IMG/VR virus record: IMGVR_UViG_3300010401_000010
Location: 1 to 54,697 of that record
Length of the DNA: 54,697 nt
DNA from: a virus
Taxonomy: Duplodnaviria > Caudoviricetes
Direction: 5' to 3' (one strand)
The notes beneath the pieces were generated by a model. The model had not been told where the DNA came from and did no database searches. It worked only from the letters and a program-made list of their open reading frames with translations. The position numbers and the translations under genes were made by a program. Positions 27,695 to 36,262 of this stretch are shown here, in pieces. Every line of letters begins with the position of its first letter. Position 1 is the stretch's first letter.

Positions 27695-28194
27695 ACGATG
27701 CCATCCGCCTGGTCGGGTTCGAAGAGGGGCTGTGCGAGCGCATCGCGCAGGACTTCCGCTTCCTCTCGGACCCCTACCTGAAGGACGTGAGCCTGAAGGT
27801 GAAGCGCCACCTGTTCGCCGGCTGGATGCCGGAGCCCGAAGCCGTCCTTCGGGACATCGTCGCCGGCGAGAGGTTCGACCCGGTCCGCGAGCCCGTCATG
27901 GCGATCTTCGGTGATCAGAACTCAGGCCCCGTGCAATCCGCCAGCTATGGGGGGAAACACATCCTCCAGGGCGAGATCCTGATGCGGCTCCCCAAGCAGA
28001 ACAACGTGGTCGGCGCCCTCCTGGGCGAGCTCCTCGAGTGGATCAGCGAGGGCCTACCCAACACGTCCATCGGCGCCTTCCGTGTGATCTCCGTCCGCGC
28101 TCCCAAGCTCCCCGGCAGTTTCGTCCGCTTGGCCGATGGCTCGGTGTTTGCGTCGGGCAAGCTCAACTTCCTGGCCGTCCCGACGCTCTCGTGA
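27691..28194 (+). CDS. Tail terminator (putative)
   Basis: Position before tail tube; GGAGG RBS with GTG. Confidence 0.5.
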   Translation: MNDAIRLVGFEEGLCERIAQDFRFLSDPYLKDVSLKVKRHLFAGWMPEPEAVLRDIVAGERFDPVREPVMAIFGDQNSGPVQSASYGGKHILQGEILMRLPKQNNVVGALLGELLEWISEGLPNTSIGAFRVISVRAPKLPGSFVRLADGSVFASGKLNFLAVPTLS

Positions 28195-28211
28195 ACTGAG
28201 GAGGATCTTCC

Positions 28212-29231
28212 ATGGGCAACAACTTCCGTGCGCACAACCCCGACAACTATCGGGCCACGTCCAAGATGCAGGTCTGGCTCTGGCCCAAGGATTCGCTCAC
28301 GCCGTCGGTCGATCGAATCTCCCTGGGCAACATCGTCTCCTTCTCCCACAACGTGGCGAACAAGACCCTCGAGCACTTCTCCAACTACCTGGGCCAGCGC
28401 GCGAAGGACCGTGAGATCATCACCGAGCGTCTCCTGACGCTCGACTTGGTGATCGACGAGCTGAGCATGCCCAATCTGAAGCTGATCCACGGCTTCGGGT
28501 TCGGCGCGGCCACCTCCACCACGAAGGACAAGTTCTTCGACCGCACCGAGAAGAACCCGGGCGCCGGCGGGCTGATCAGCCTCGGGAAGTCCAACATCAA
28601 GAACGTGATCGTTCGCAGCGTCTCGCTGGACGACGATGTCACCTACGTGCTCGACACCCTGGACACGGACACCACCGAGGACACGGCCAACAACGACTTC
28701 AACAACGTGACGAGCCCGCTCACCGTCGTGGGCGCGGTCTCCGGCTATGCCGGCATCACGTTCGCGGTGGGCCAGTACCTCAAGATCGGGAACGAGATCC
28801 TCAAGGTAACGGCCATCGACGGCGACGACGTGACCTTTGCGCGCGGGCAGCTCGGAACGACGACCGCGGTCCACGCGAACGCCGTCAGCATCTTTCAGGG
28901 CTCCGGCGGCGACTACCTCACCGACCTGGTGAACGGCAAGGTGAGCCCGGTCCTGGGCGGCGACCTGATCGCCGTGGCGAGCATGCACATCTACTTCGAG
29001 CAGACCGTGAACGTCGACACGTTCGAGATGTTCCCCGGCGACACCATCGAGTGCGAGGCCCAGGTCCAGTTCGACGACGACTTCGAGGGGCCCTTCCAGG
29101 GCTGCTTCCTGAAGAACAACGGCCCCATCGATCTGGGCGACGGCTCGGACACCCGCAAGGTGTCCCTGACCCTCGAGATCACGATCGACGCGGACGGCAC
29201 GTTCGGAAACTACGCGAAGGAGACTGCGTAA
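28212..29231 (+). CDS. Tail tube / major tail protein with inserted domain
   Basis: LGN.......LEHFS...R.KD; insertion KIGNEILKVTAI...RGQLGTT.AVH. Confidence 0.7.
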   Translation: MGNNFRAHNPDNYRATSKMQVWLWPKDSLTPSVDRISLGNIVSFSHNVANKTLEHFSNYLGQRAKDREIITERLLTLDLVIDELSMPNLKLIHGFGFGAATSTTKDKFFDRTEKNPGAGGLISLGKSNIKNVIVRSVSLDDDVTYVLDTLDTDTTEDTANNDFNNVTSPLTVVGAVSGYAGITFAVGQYLKIGNEILKVTAIDGDDVTFARGQLGTTTAVHANAVSIFQGSGGDYLTDLVNGKVSPVLGGDLIAVASMHIYFEQTVNVDTFEMFPGDTIECEAQVQFDDDFEGPFQGCFLKNNGPIDLGDGSDTRKVSLTLEITIDADGTFGNYAKETA

Positions 29232-29255
29232 GGCATTTCTTTTCGGAGGTGGCGA

Positions 29256-29693
29256 ATGGCGGACGGAACGAACGGGGCGGCGGCCCCGCAGGTCTTCGAG
29301 CGATCGCGGCTCATCAAACTCCCCGTCTGTGGAAAGACGGTCGAGGTCCGGCGGTGGGCCTTCACACGCATGGCGATGGTCAATCGATTCCTCAACGAGA
29401 CCATGGAGTCGCTCCCGGAGGACTTCAAGACGGCTCTCGATATTTTCTATCGGGAAGCGCCGGCGAAGTTGCTGGAGGTCGCCAAGTTTTCTCTTCTGGA
29501 AGGCGATCGTCCGATGCTCGACGAGGAGTGGTTCGATCACCTCGACGTGCTGGCGATCATCGATGCCGCCTTCACCCTCAACAATGCGGGGGGCGGTATG
29601 GGAAAAATGAACGGCCTCGCGGGGAGGTTCCTGGTGGAGAAGGCGGCGATCCAACTGGGGACGAGCGAGGCCAGCCCCCAAGCCGTGAAGTAA
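29256..29693 (+). CDS. Tail assembly chaperone (gpG-like)
   Basis: Between tube and tape measure; in-frame G GGA AAA slippery site. Confidence 0.75.
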   Translation: MADGTNGAAAPQVFERSRLIKLPVCGKTVEVRRWAFTRMAMVNRFLNETMESLPEDFKTALDIFYREAPAKLLEVAKFSLLEGDRPMLDEEWFDHLDVLAIIDAAFTLNNAGGGMGKMNGLAGRFLVEKAAIQLGTSEASPQAVK

Positions 29694-30043
29694 TCCCGAT
29701 CGAGGAGGCCTGGGCCCGCCTGTGCGCGGCCAAACTGGCGACCCTGTCGGAGCTCATGGACCCCGACGGCCCTTGGACTGTGGAGATGGTGGAAAAGATG
29801 CTCGGCCAGGCGATCGTCACCGAAACAAAGTGGAAAATGGCGGCCCACGAAGCCGTCCTTTCCGGTATCGGTGCGGCCTTCCAAAGCGAAGCCGGCGCGG
29901 GGTATGTGGCCGCGCTGCAGAAGGTGATCGACCAGGTCAAGGGCGATTCCGCTCCGCGGACGGTACCGGGGGAGTTCCCTCTCGAGAAGGTCCAGGACCT
30001 GCGGAGAGCTCTCCGGGGCGGGAAGCCGAAGGTGAGGAAGTGA
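29256..30043 (+). CDS. Tail assembly chaperone, -1 frameshift product (gpGT-like)
   Basis: GGGAAAA at 29600-29606; the -1 frame is open to 30043. Confidence 0.7.
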
Positions 30044-30048
30044 AGGTC

Positions 30049-30393
30049 CTACTTCTTCTCGCGATTGGCCTTGGCCTCGGCCTCCACCTTCTTGCAGGCG
30101 TCGCGGTTGACGCAAGCCTCGCTCAAGGGGTGGTACCTCGGATCGAGGCCTCGCTCGACCGTGTGGACTTCTACCATGATCTCCATCTTCCTGCATCGGT
30201 CGGCGAAATCGCAGCTCGAGAACAGTGGGTGCTTGTAAGCCCTCGGGTGGACGTCGATCCGCTGCAGGCGGTTGCTTTCGGTGAGAAGCGCCTTGATCTC
30301 CTCGAGCTGCTTCGAGTCGTCCCTCGGTGCGGTCGCGCCGACCACGAGGAACGCCATCAGAGCCACCGCTACGAGCCATCCCAGCTTTGCCAT
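30049..30393 (-). CDS. Moron-like exported or membrane-anchored protein
   Basis: GGAGGT RBS; MAKLGWLVAVALMAFLVVGA signal-like N-terminus; TATACT upstream; four Cys. Confidence 0.7.
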   Translation of the reverse strand: MAKLGWLVAVALMAFLVVGATAPRDDSKQLEEIKALLTESNRLQRIDVHPRAYKHPLFSSCDFADRCRKMEIMVEVHTVERGLDPRYHPLSEACVNRDACKKVEAEAKANREKK

Positions 30394-30448
30394 TCGCCAC
30401 CTCCTCATCGTGGGATTGAAGTATACCCCGTTTTGAACAGGGAACCGG

Positions 30449-31945
30449 ATGCCTCCTGAGATCTCCGGTGGCGCCGTCCTGATCGAGCTGAAGGCTCAGT
30501 ACCAGGACCTGAAGAAGAACGTCGCGGCTGCCAAGGCCGAGGTTTCGGGCTTCGGCGCCGGCGTCGACGCCACGGCCAAACGCGTCCAGGCAAGCGGGCA
30601 GCAGATCTCGAGCAGCTTCGACGCGATGGACAAGAACTCCATCAAGCTGACGGCTCGTATCGCCCGCCTGACCGGGATCATGTTTGCGGCCCAGAGCGTG
30701 TTCCAGAACTTCGCCGGCAGCGACGGCTCGGGACCGCAAGGCAAGGGCGGCCGCGGCGTGGCGGCTGCTGCCACGGGACTGAGCACCTTCGCCAGCGTGG
30801 CCTTGGCCTTCCCGACTCCGGTCGGTGTCGCCCTGGGGGCGATCGCCGGGCTCACCGCGGGAATCGCGCACTTCGTCAAGACGGCCGAGAGCGGGGTCAA
30901 CATCGCCGATCAGCTCCGCGCGTCCATCGAAGCCGTCGCCAAAAGGCGGCATGACTTCGCCGTCGAGAGTGGCTTCATCGGCCGCACCCAGACGGGCACG
31001 ACGCGCGATCTCTCCCTGATCCAGCTCCAGCGCCAGCGGCAGGAGGACCTGCTCCGGCTCGCGATCTCCTCGCAGCAGACTCAGCGCGACAAGCTCGACG
31101 CCGGCGAGATCACGGCCGACGAGGCCCAGGAGGCAATCGATCGAGCGGAGAAGCTGATCACCCTGACCCGGGGAAGGCTCCGCGATCTCATGCTGGCGGA
31201 GGGAGTCAAGGACCGGGAGGCCCTCGCCGAAGAGAACAAGAAACTCCTCGATGGCACGGCGATCCAGCTTCAGGCCGGCCTGATCTCGCCCCTCGAGGCG
31301 GTCCAGATCGAAGCGGCGGCCGCGCGCCGGGAGCTGGACGCGCTCCTCAAGGACCCCAAGACCGACCCGACCGCCCTGGGCCTGGCGATCGACAAGTTCA
31401 AGACGAAGCAGGGGAAGGTCGAAGCCCAGCAGAGCCTGAACGAGCTTGCCTCGGGGTTCTCGAGCGCGTTCGGAAACGCGATCCGTGACGGCATCCTCAG
31501 CGGCAAGAAGCCGATGGCGATCCTCGCCGACTTCGGATCGCAGCTGTTCGGCAACTTCATCCAGAACTCCATGAAGCAGCTCCAGGAGGGGCTCGCGTCC
31601 GTCCTGGCGTCCTCCGGCCTCGGCGCCGGCGGCGCGGCCGCGATCACGGGGATCCTGGGGATTGGCGGAGCGCTCCTGTCCCGAATCGGCAACAAGTCGA
31701 CCGAGAAGTTCACGGGCGTGAAGTCCATTGTCGAGTCCTCGCAGGCGGTCCGCGGCATTGTTGCGGGCCCGTCCTCCGTGGCCATCGCGCAAGTGGGCGA
31801 GGACCTCGCGCGCGTGATGGCGCCCATCCGTGAGATCCTCTCGGCCCAGCTCCTCGTCCAGGGCCGAATCGAAAGCAACACCAGGGGCGGCGGCGGCACC
31901 GCGGGAGCGGGCGGCGCCGCGTTGGTCGGAGTTCCGACCGCATAA
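30449..31945 (+). CDS. Tape measure protein (short, 498 aa)
   Basis: G.V.IEL.A N-terminus; Ala/Gly-rich helical; hydrophobic segments; position. Confidence 0.75.
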   Translation: MPPEISGGAVLIELKAQYQDLKKNVAAAKAEVSGFGAGVDATAKRVQASGQQISSSFDAMDKNSIKLTARIARLTGIMFAAQSVFQNFAGSDGSGPQGKGGRGVAAAATGLSTFASVALAFPTPVGVALGAIAGLTAGIAHFVKTAESGVNIADQLRASIEAVAKRRHDFAVESGFIGRTQTGTTRDLSLIQLQRQRQEDLLRLAISSQQTQRDKLDAGEITADEAQEAIDRAEKLITLTRGRLRDLMLAEGVKDREALAEENKKLLDGTAIQLQAGLISPLEAVQIEAAAARRELDALLKDPKTDPTALGLAIDKFKTKQGKVEAQQSLNELASGFSSAFGNAIRDGILSGKKPMAILADFGSQLFGNFIQNSMKQLQEGLASVLASSGLGAGGAAAITGILGIGGALLSRIGNKSTEKFTGVKSIVESSQAVRGIVAGPSSVAIAQVGEDLARVMAPIREILSAQLLVQGRIESNTRGGGGTAGAGGAALVGVPTA

Positions 31946-31957
31946 GGAGAGAGACAG

Positions 31958-32791
31958 ATGGCCGACCTCAGCATCGCCAAGCGCGGCGTCGTGACGATCA
32001 CGAGCGCCGACGTGGGAACCTCCAAGGACATCGCCCTCGCGTCCCCGGTCAAGCCGGGGTCGAGCTTCCTGTCGGTCTCGATCAAGGACCGCCGGCGGAA
32101 TGCGCTCCGCCAGCGGTTGGCGATCGCCATCACGGACGCCGACGTGGGCGGGACCAAGGACTCGGCGGCGCTGGGGACCGCGGTGGACACGACGGCCGCC
32201 GAGATCATCACGCAGATCCGGGAGAAGCGGACCGACGACCACCGCGGGGCGACGGTCGACTTCTTCAGCTCGACCGTGCTCCGTGCAACCTTCAACCCGC
32301 CGGCGGCCGGCGACACGATCAACCTCGACTGCCAGGTCATCGAGCACAAGCCCCGTCGCGGGGTGAATCTGCGGCTGATCGACGAGGACACCCTGCGCGC
32401 CGAATGGGACCTCCAGCTGGTGACGGACGAGACGATCACCATCGCCTACGACCTCCTCGACCTCGACGAGGTCGCGGGCATGCTCCTGGAGATCCAGTTC
32501 CGCAATCAGCGCATCCTGGGCGAGCTCGGCGTGAACCAGATCCAGGACGGCATCGTTCGCGACGACGTCGGCAACGTGATCGAATACCGCTCGCGGACCT
32601 TCACCACGAAGGAACTCGCGGAGGCGGCCACGGAGAACATCCCCGACGGCGATCCCCTGGAGGAGGGCGAGATGTCCCGCAGGAAGGTCATCGTGGACAT
32701 CGACATCCGCAAGAACGACCGGAAGCTCCTGATCAGCACGATCGAGGACCTGATGCCGACCCCGGGCCTGACGGTCGAGGAAGAGGCGTAA
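31958..32791 (+). CDS. Tail-associated protein with internal duplication
   Basis: ITSADVGTSKD / ITDADVGGTKD repeat. Confidence 0.55.
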   Translation: MADLSIAKRGVVTITSADVGTSKDIALASPVKPGSSFLSVSIKDRRRNALRQRLAIAITDADVGGTKDSAALGTAVDTTAAEIITQIREKRTDDHRGATVDFFSSTVLRATFNPPAAGDTINLDCQVIEHKPRRGVNLRLIDEDTLRAEWDLQLVTDETITIAYDLLDLDEVAGMLLEIQFRNQRILGELGVNQIQDGIVRDDVGNVIEYRSRTFTTKELAEAATENIPDGDPLEEGEMSRRKVIVDIDIRKNDRKLLISTIEDLMPTPGLTVEEEA

Positions 32792-32797
32792 CCAGCG

Positions 32798-33406
32798 ATG
32801 GACGAGCTGACGCGCGGTCTTGGGGCGAACTACGGCGAGGCGATCCTGGATCCCCTCTCGCCCTGGTGGCGCCCGGCCAGGCGCGGCGATCGCCGGCTTC
32901 GGAACGCCGTCGACGGTGACCCCGTCACCGGCGCCGGTCCGCGCATGACCCACCCCTACTACGAGGACTTGGTGTACGCCCGGATCCCCGACCGCACCAT
33001 CAACCTCGGAAGCGATGGGCTCCGCCGGGCCGACACCGTCGTCACCAAGACTCTGGACGGCTCGGCGGTGACGCGGTTCGACGAGTTCGAGGACGACGTG
33101 ATCTTCAGGGAGATCTGGCTCGCCGATACCCTGTCCACCCTGACCGACATGTACCGGCACTTCCATCGGTACTGGATGGACCAGCTCCCACCGGAACGCT
33201 ACATCGGGTGGCAGCCCCGGCATCGGACGTGGAAGCGGTACTTCATCGAGATCCTCCGCGTCGACTGCGGGGAATCCGACACCGAGTTCCTGATCGAGGA
33301 GCTCGGCAAGCGACCCGGCATGATGCGCGTGTCCCTCTCCGTGACCTTCAAGACCATCCGCGAGTTGGCGTCGCCCTCGGGAATCCTTCTGGCGGGGGGT
33401 GCATAG
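32798..33406 (+). CDS. Putative distal tail protein
   Basis: Position and size only. Confidence 0.4.
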   Translation: MDELTRGLGANYGEAILDPLSPWWRPARRGDRRLRNAVDGDPVTGAGPRMTHPYYEDLVYARIPDRTINLGSDGLRRADTVVTKTLDGSAVTRFDEFEDDVIFREIWLADTLSTLTDMYRHFHRYWMDQLPPERYIGWQPRHRTWKRYFIEILRVDCGESDTEFLIEELGKRPGMMRVSLSVTFKTIRELASPSGILLAGGA

Positions 33407-34810
33407 ATGCCGTTCCGTGGCCGCGGCTCGGTCCCCTTCCCCGATCACCGGCGGGTCCACCGCGCGGAGGATCCGCGTCTCCGGAGCCTCTCGCCGGCGC
33501 AGCGGGATCCCGTCGAGAACGGCAACCAGGTCATCAACGCCGTCGCCCTCACGCTCGCGCGAGCTGGGTCCCACCGCCGGAATCCCATCATGGCGGGCCT
33601 GGGCCTCGAGCTGTCGATTCCGCTGGCCCTGGGCGACGACCTGAAGGGAATCTACCTGTTCCAGCGCCGGGCGCGTCCTGGGGCGAACCTGAAAGCCCAG
33701 GCCACCGTCCAGGCCCCGGGGGTCTTCGGGTTCGAGCTGATGGTCGGGAGCGGGCAGACTCTGGCCGGCACGGCGCTGGCGGGCCCGGTCCGGAACTACG
33801 TCCGGATCCAGACGGCGCGCGGATCCTACGAGCGCGAGTTCTGGGCCCAGGACTACGAGGCCGACATCGTCACCCTGAACGGCGAGGCGGCCCTGGACCC
33901 CGAGACCCTGGATCCCGTCGAGATCGTCTGCGAGATCGTGGACGGCTCCAGGACCTGGCTCGACGTCCAGACCGACTTCATGGTCGGCTGGTCGGACGAG
34001 TTCAGCGTCCTCCACCGCCGCGGCGCCGAGGACGTCGAAGCCGGCTTCAAGAAGGCCTACGGTGGCGCGCAGTTCGTCTCCTTCTTCGACGCCACCCCGG
34101 GGACCGAGGGCGTCGGCATCCAGGTGAATCCGCTCGACCAAGTGGCGATCGAGACGCGCCGCACCATCCAGGTCCAGAACACGGTCGGGCTGAAGTCCAT
34201 CATCGCCCGGTTCCGCTCCAAGCAGGACTCCCTCTACTTCGTGGACGTGCCCATCCTGATCCGGGTGATCGACCAGGAGGAAGTCTGCCTGGCGCCCGAG
34301 GTCATGCCGTGCGTGGACCTCTTCGTGAAGGCGGGATCCCCCACCCCGACGGGCCTGCCGTCCACGGCCTCGACTCCGATGGTGCAGGTCGTGGCCGGGC
34401 CGGGGTCGACCGTCGACCAGGACCTGCTCTTCATCACGATCCGCGGCGCCACGGTGGGCGCGACTCCCAAGATGCGGATCCGCCGCTGGTCGTTCACGCC
34501 CTCGCCGGCGGCGCTCATGGGGGCGCGGAAGGTGGCGCTCGACGACGTCGACTACCTGCCGCTCGTCCAGAGTTCCGGGACTCCCGACCTGGACGCGCCC
34601 TACGGCAGCGGGCACCGGTACACGATCGCGCTCTCGGTGGCGCAGCTCCGGAACGACAACGTCGAAAGCCTGGACGTCGTCCTCGTGGACGGCACCAAGC
34701 CCAGCATGCCCATCAGCGTCTACGGCCCCATGGCGCGCGGCCTCGGCTTCGTCTCTATCGGCGCCGGCGGCGTGGGCTCGGGCGGCGGAGTCGTCTGCGG
34801 ACCTTACTAA
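33407..34810 (+). CDS. Tail-region hypothetical protein
   Basis: 467 aa, beta-rich, typical codon usage, abuts upstream stop. Confidence 0.6.
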   Translation: MPFRGRGSVPFPDHRRVHRAEDPRLRSLSPAQRDPVENGNQVINAVALTLARAGSHRRNPIMAGLGLELSIPLALGDDLKGIYLFQRRARPGANLKAQATVQAPGVFGFELMVGSGQTLAGTALAGPVRNYVRIQTARGSYEREFWAQDYEADIVTLNGEAALDPETLDPVEIVCEIVDGSRTWLDVQTDFMVGWSDEFSVLHRRGAEDVEAGFKKAYGGAQFVSFFDATPGTEGVGIQVNPLDQVAIETRRTIQVQNTVGLKSIIARFRSKQDSLYFVDVPILIRVIDQEEVCLAPEVMPCVDLFVKAGSPTPTGLPSTASTPMVQVVAGPGSTVDQDLLFITIRGATVGATPKMRIRRWSFTPSPAALMGARKVALDDVDYLPLVQSSGTPDLDAPYGSGHRYTIALSVAQLRNDNVESLDVVLVDGTKPSMPISVYGPMARGLGFVSIGAGGVGSGGGVVCGPY

Positions 34811-34814
34811 GCCA

Positions 34815-35555
34815 ATGAGCGAGAAATACTTCGTCTCGTGTGTCATGCCGACCTACGCGCGGCCGCGCTTCGTCGAGCAGGCGGTGAAGTATTTCCTCCG
34901 GCAGAGCTGGACGCGCGCGGAGCTCCTGATCCTCGACGACTCTCCCCAGGACCTCCGGGCCGAGATCTCGGACCACCCCCGGATCAAGCTCATCCGCCTC
35001 AAGGACCGCCTCCCCATGGGGGAGAAGCACAACCTGGGGCTCGACCAGGCCCAGGGCGACTTCATCGCCCACTGGGACGATGATGACTGGCAGTCCAACC
35101 TCCGCCTGGTCCGGCAGCTCGAAACGCTCACCCTCGAGGACGTCGACCTCTGCGGTTTCTCCATGGGGACCCTCCTGACGACGGGCAACGCCCGCTTCTG
35201 GAAGTTCGACCGGAGCTTTACGCCGCGGAAGCAGTACGTGGGAAACTCGATGGTGACTGTCGGCGTGCCGTTCATGGACGGAACCGCGATGTTCCGCCGC
35301 GGCATCGTGGGGGCCACGCGGTACCCGACCATCCAGGTCAGCCAGAAGGTGCAGTTCCTCCATGACCTGTGGAAGAAGCAGGGAGCACGGATCAAGGCAC
35401 TGCCGAACGCCGGGATGTACGTCTACGTGCGGCACTCGCCGAAGACCGGCGCGACCAACACGTGGCAGTACCTCCAGGACCGCCGGCTGCTCGCGATCGA
35501 CAAGCCGAGCTGGTTCCCCTATGGGGACCTGGACTTCTACAGGAGGGCTGCATGA
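34815..35555 (+). CDS. Glycosyltransferase family 2 (GT-A)
   Basis: VSCVMPTY.R...Q...ELLILDDS...NLG...AQGDFIAHWDDDDW. Confidence 0.92.
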   Translation: MSEKYFVSCVMPTYARPRFVEQAVKYFLRQSWTRAELLILDDSPQDLRAEISDHPRIKLIRLKDRLPMGEKHNLGLDQAQGDFIAHWDDDDWQSNLRLVRQLETLTLEDVDLCGFSMGTLLTTGNARFWKFDRSFTPRKQYVGNSMVTVGVPFMDGTAMFRRGIVGATRYPTIQVSQKVQFLHDLWKKQGARIKALPNAGMYVYVRHSPKTGATNTWQYLQDRRLLAIDKPSWFPYGDLDFYRRAA

Positions 35556-36262
35556 GCTCTCCGCTGGTTTCCTGCCTCCTGCCGACGGCGCGGCGCCCGG
35601 AGTGGGCCCGCCAGGTCTTCCGAATGATCGAGGAGCAGACCTACAAGAACCTGGAGCTCGTGGTCGTCAATTCCGGCGACCCGATCTCGGGGCTGCCGGC
35701 GTTCGCGCGCGAGGTGCCCGCGAGGGCGAAGGGCTTCCCCGAACAGAACGGCCAGACCATCCTCGAGGCCCGCGGCGACATCCTGGTCTTCCTGGACGAC
35801 GACGACTACTACGCTCCGGACCGGGTGGCGCGGCAGATCGAGCCGATCCTGGCCGGGCGCGCCACCGTCACGGGCGTGAAGATGTACTACTACGTCGAGG
35901 TCCCCGCGATGCGGTGGTACCACCACCCGCCCGCGTCGCCGCTACCGGGTTCCCCGAAGGGCTGGTCGGTGCCCTTCTTCGAGGGCTCGGCCTGCTTCCA
36001 CCGGAGCGTCCTGCGGCACTTCAGGCGCGAGCAGCTCCAGCGCATCTGGCGCACGCCGTTCGTGAACAAGCTCAAGGACGTCGGGGAGAAGCTCGAGATC
36101 ATACCGAACCGGAACGCCATTGTCCGAGTGCAACACGTCGAGGGCTCGACCGGCGCACCGCAGTGCTACGCCCGCGACCTCTCCAAGTGGGTCCGGACCA
36201 AGGCCCCCGCCGAGATCCCCGCCTACGTGACGGACTTCTGGAAGCGAGGGGGTTCGGCATGA
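35552..36262 (+). CDS. Glycosyltransferase family 2 (GT-A)
   Basis: PLVSCLLPT.RR...QTYKNLELVVV...ARGDILVFLDDDDYY.P.R...QI. Confidence 0.9.
   Translation: MSSPLVSCLLPTARRPEWARQVFRMIEEQTYKNLELVVVNSGDPISGLPAFAREVPARAKGFPEQNGQTILEARGDILVFLDDDDYYAPDRVARQIEPILAGRATVTGVKMYYYVEVPAMRWYHHPPASPLPGSPKGWSVPFFEGSACFHRSVLRHFRREQLQRIWRTPFVNKLKDVGEKLEIIPNRNAIVRVQHVEGSTGAPQCYARDLSKWVRTKAPAEIPAYVTDFWKRGGSA

Noticed and set aside
29537-34846. 1769-aa - strand ORF and other long antisense ORFs (9730..11364, 14088..15902, 17937..20015, 23112..24926)
   Set aside because: Shadow ORFs of high-GC + strand genes; Arg/Ala/Gly-rich with no motifs
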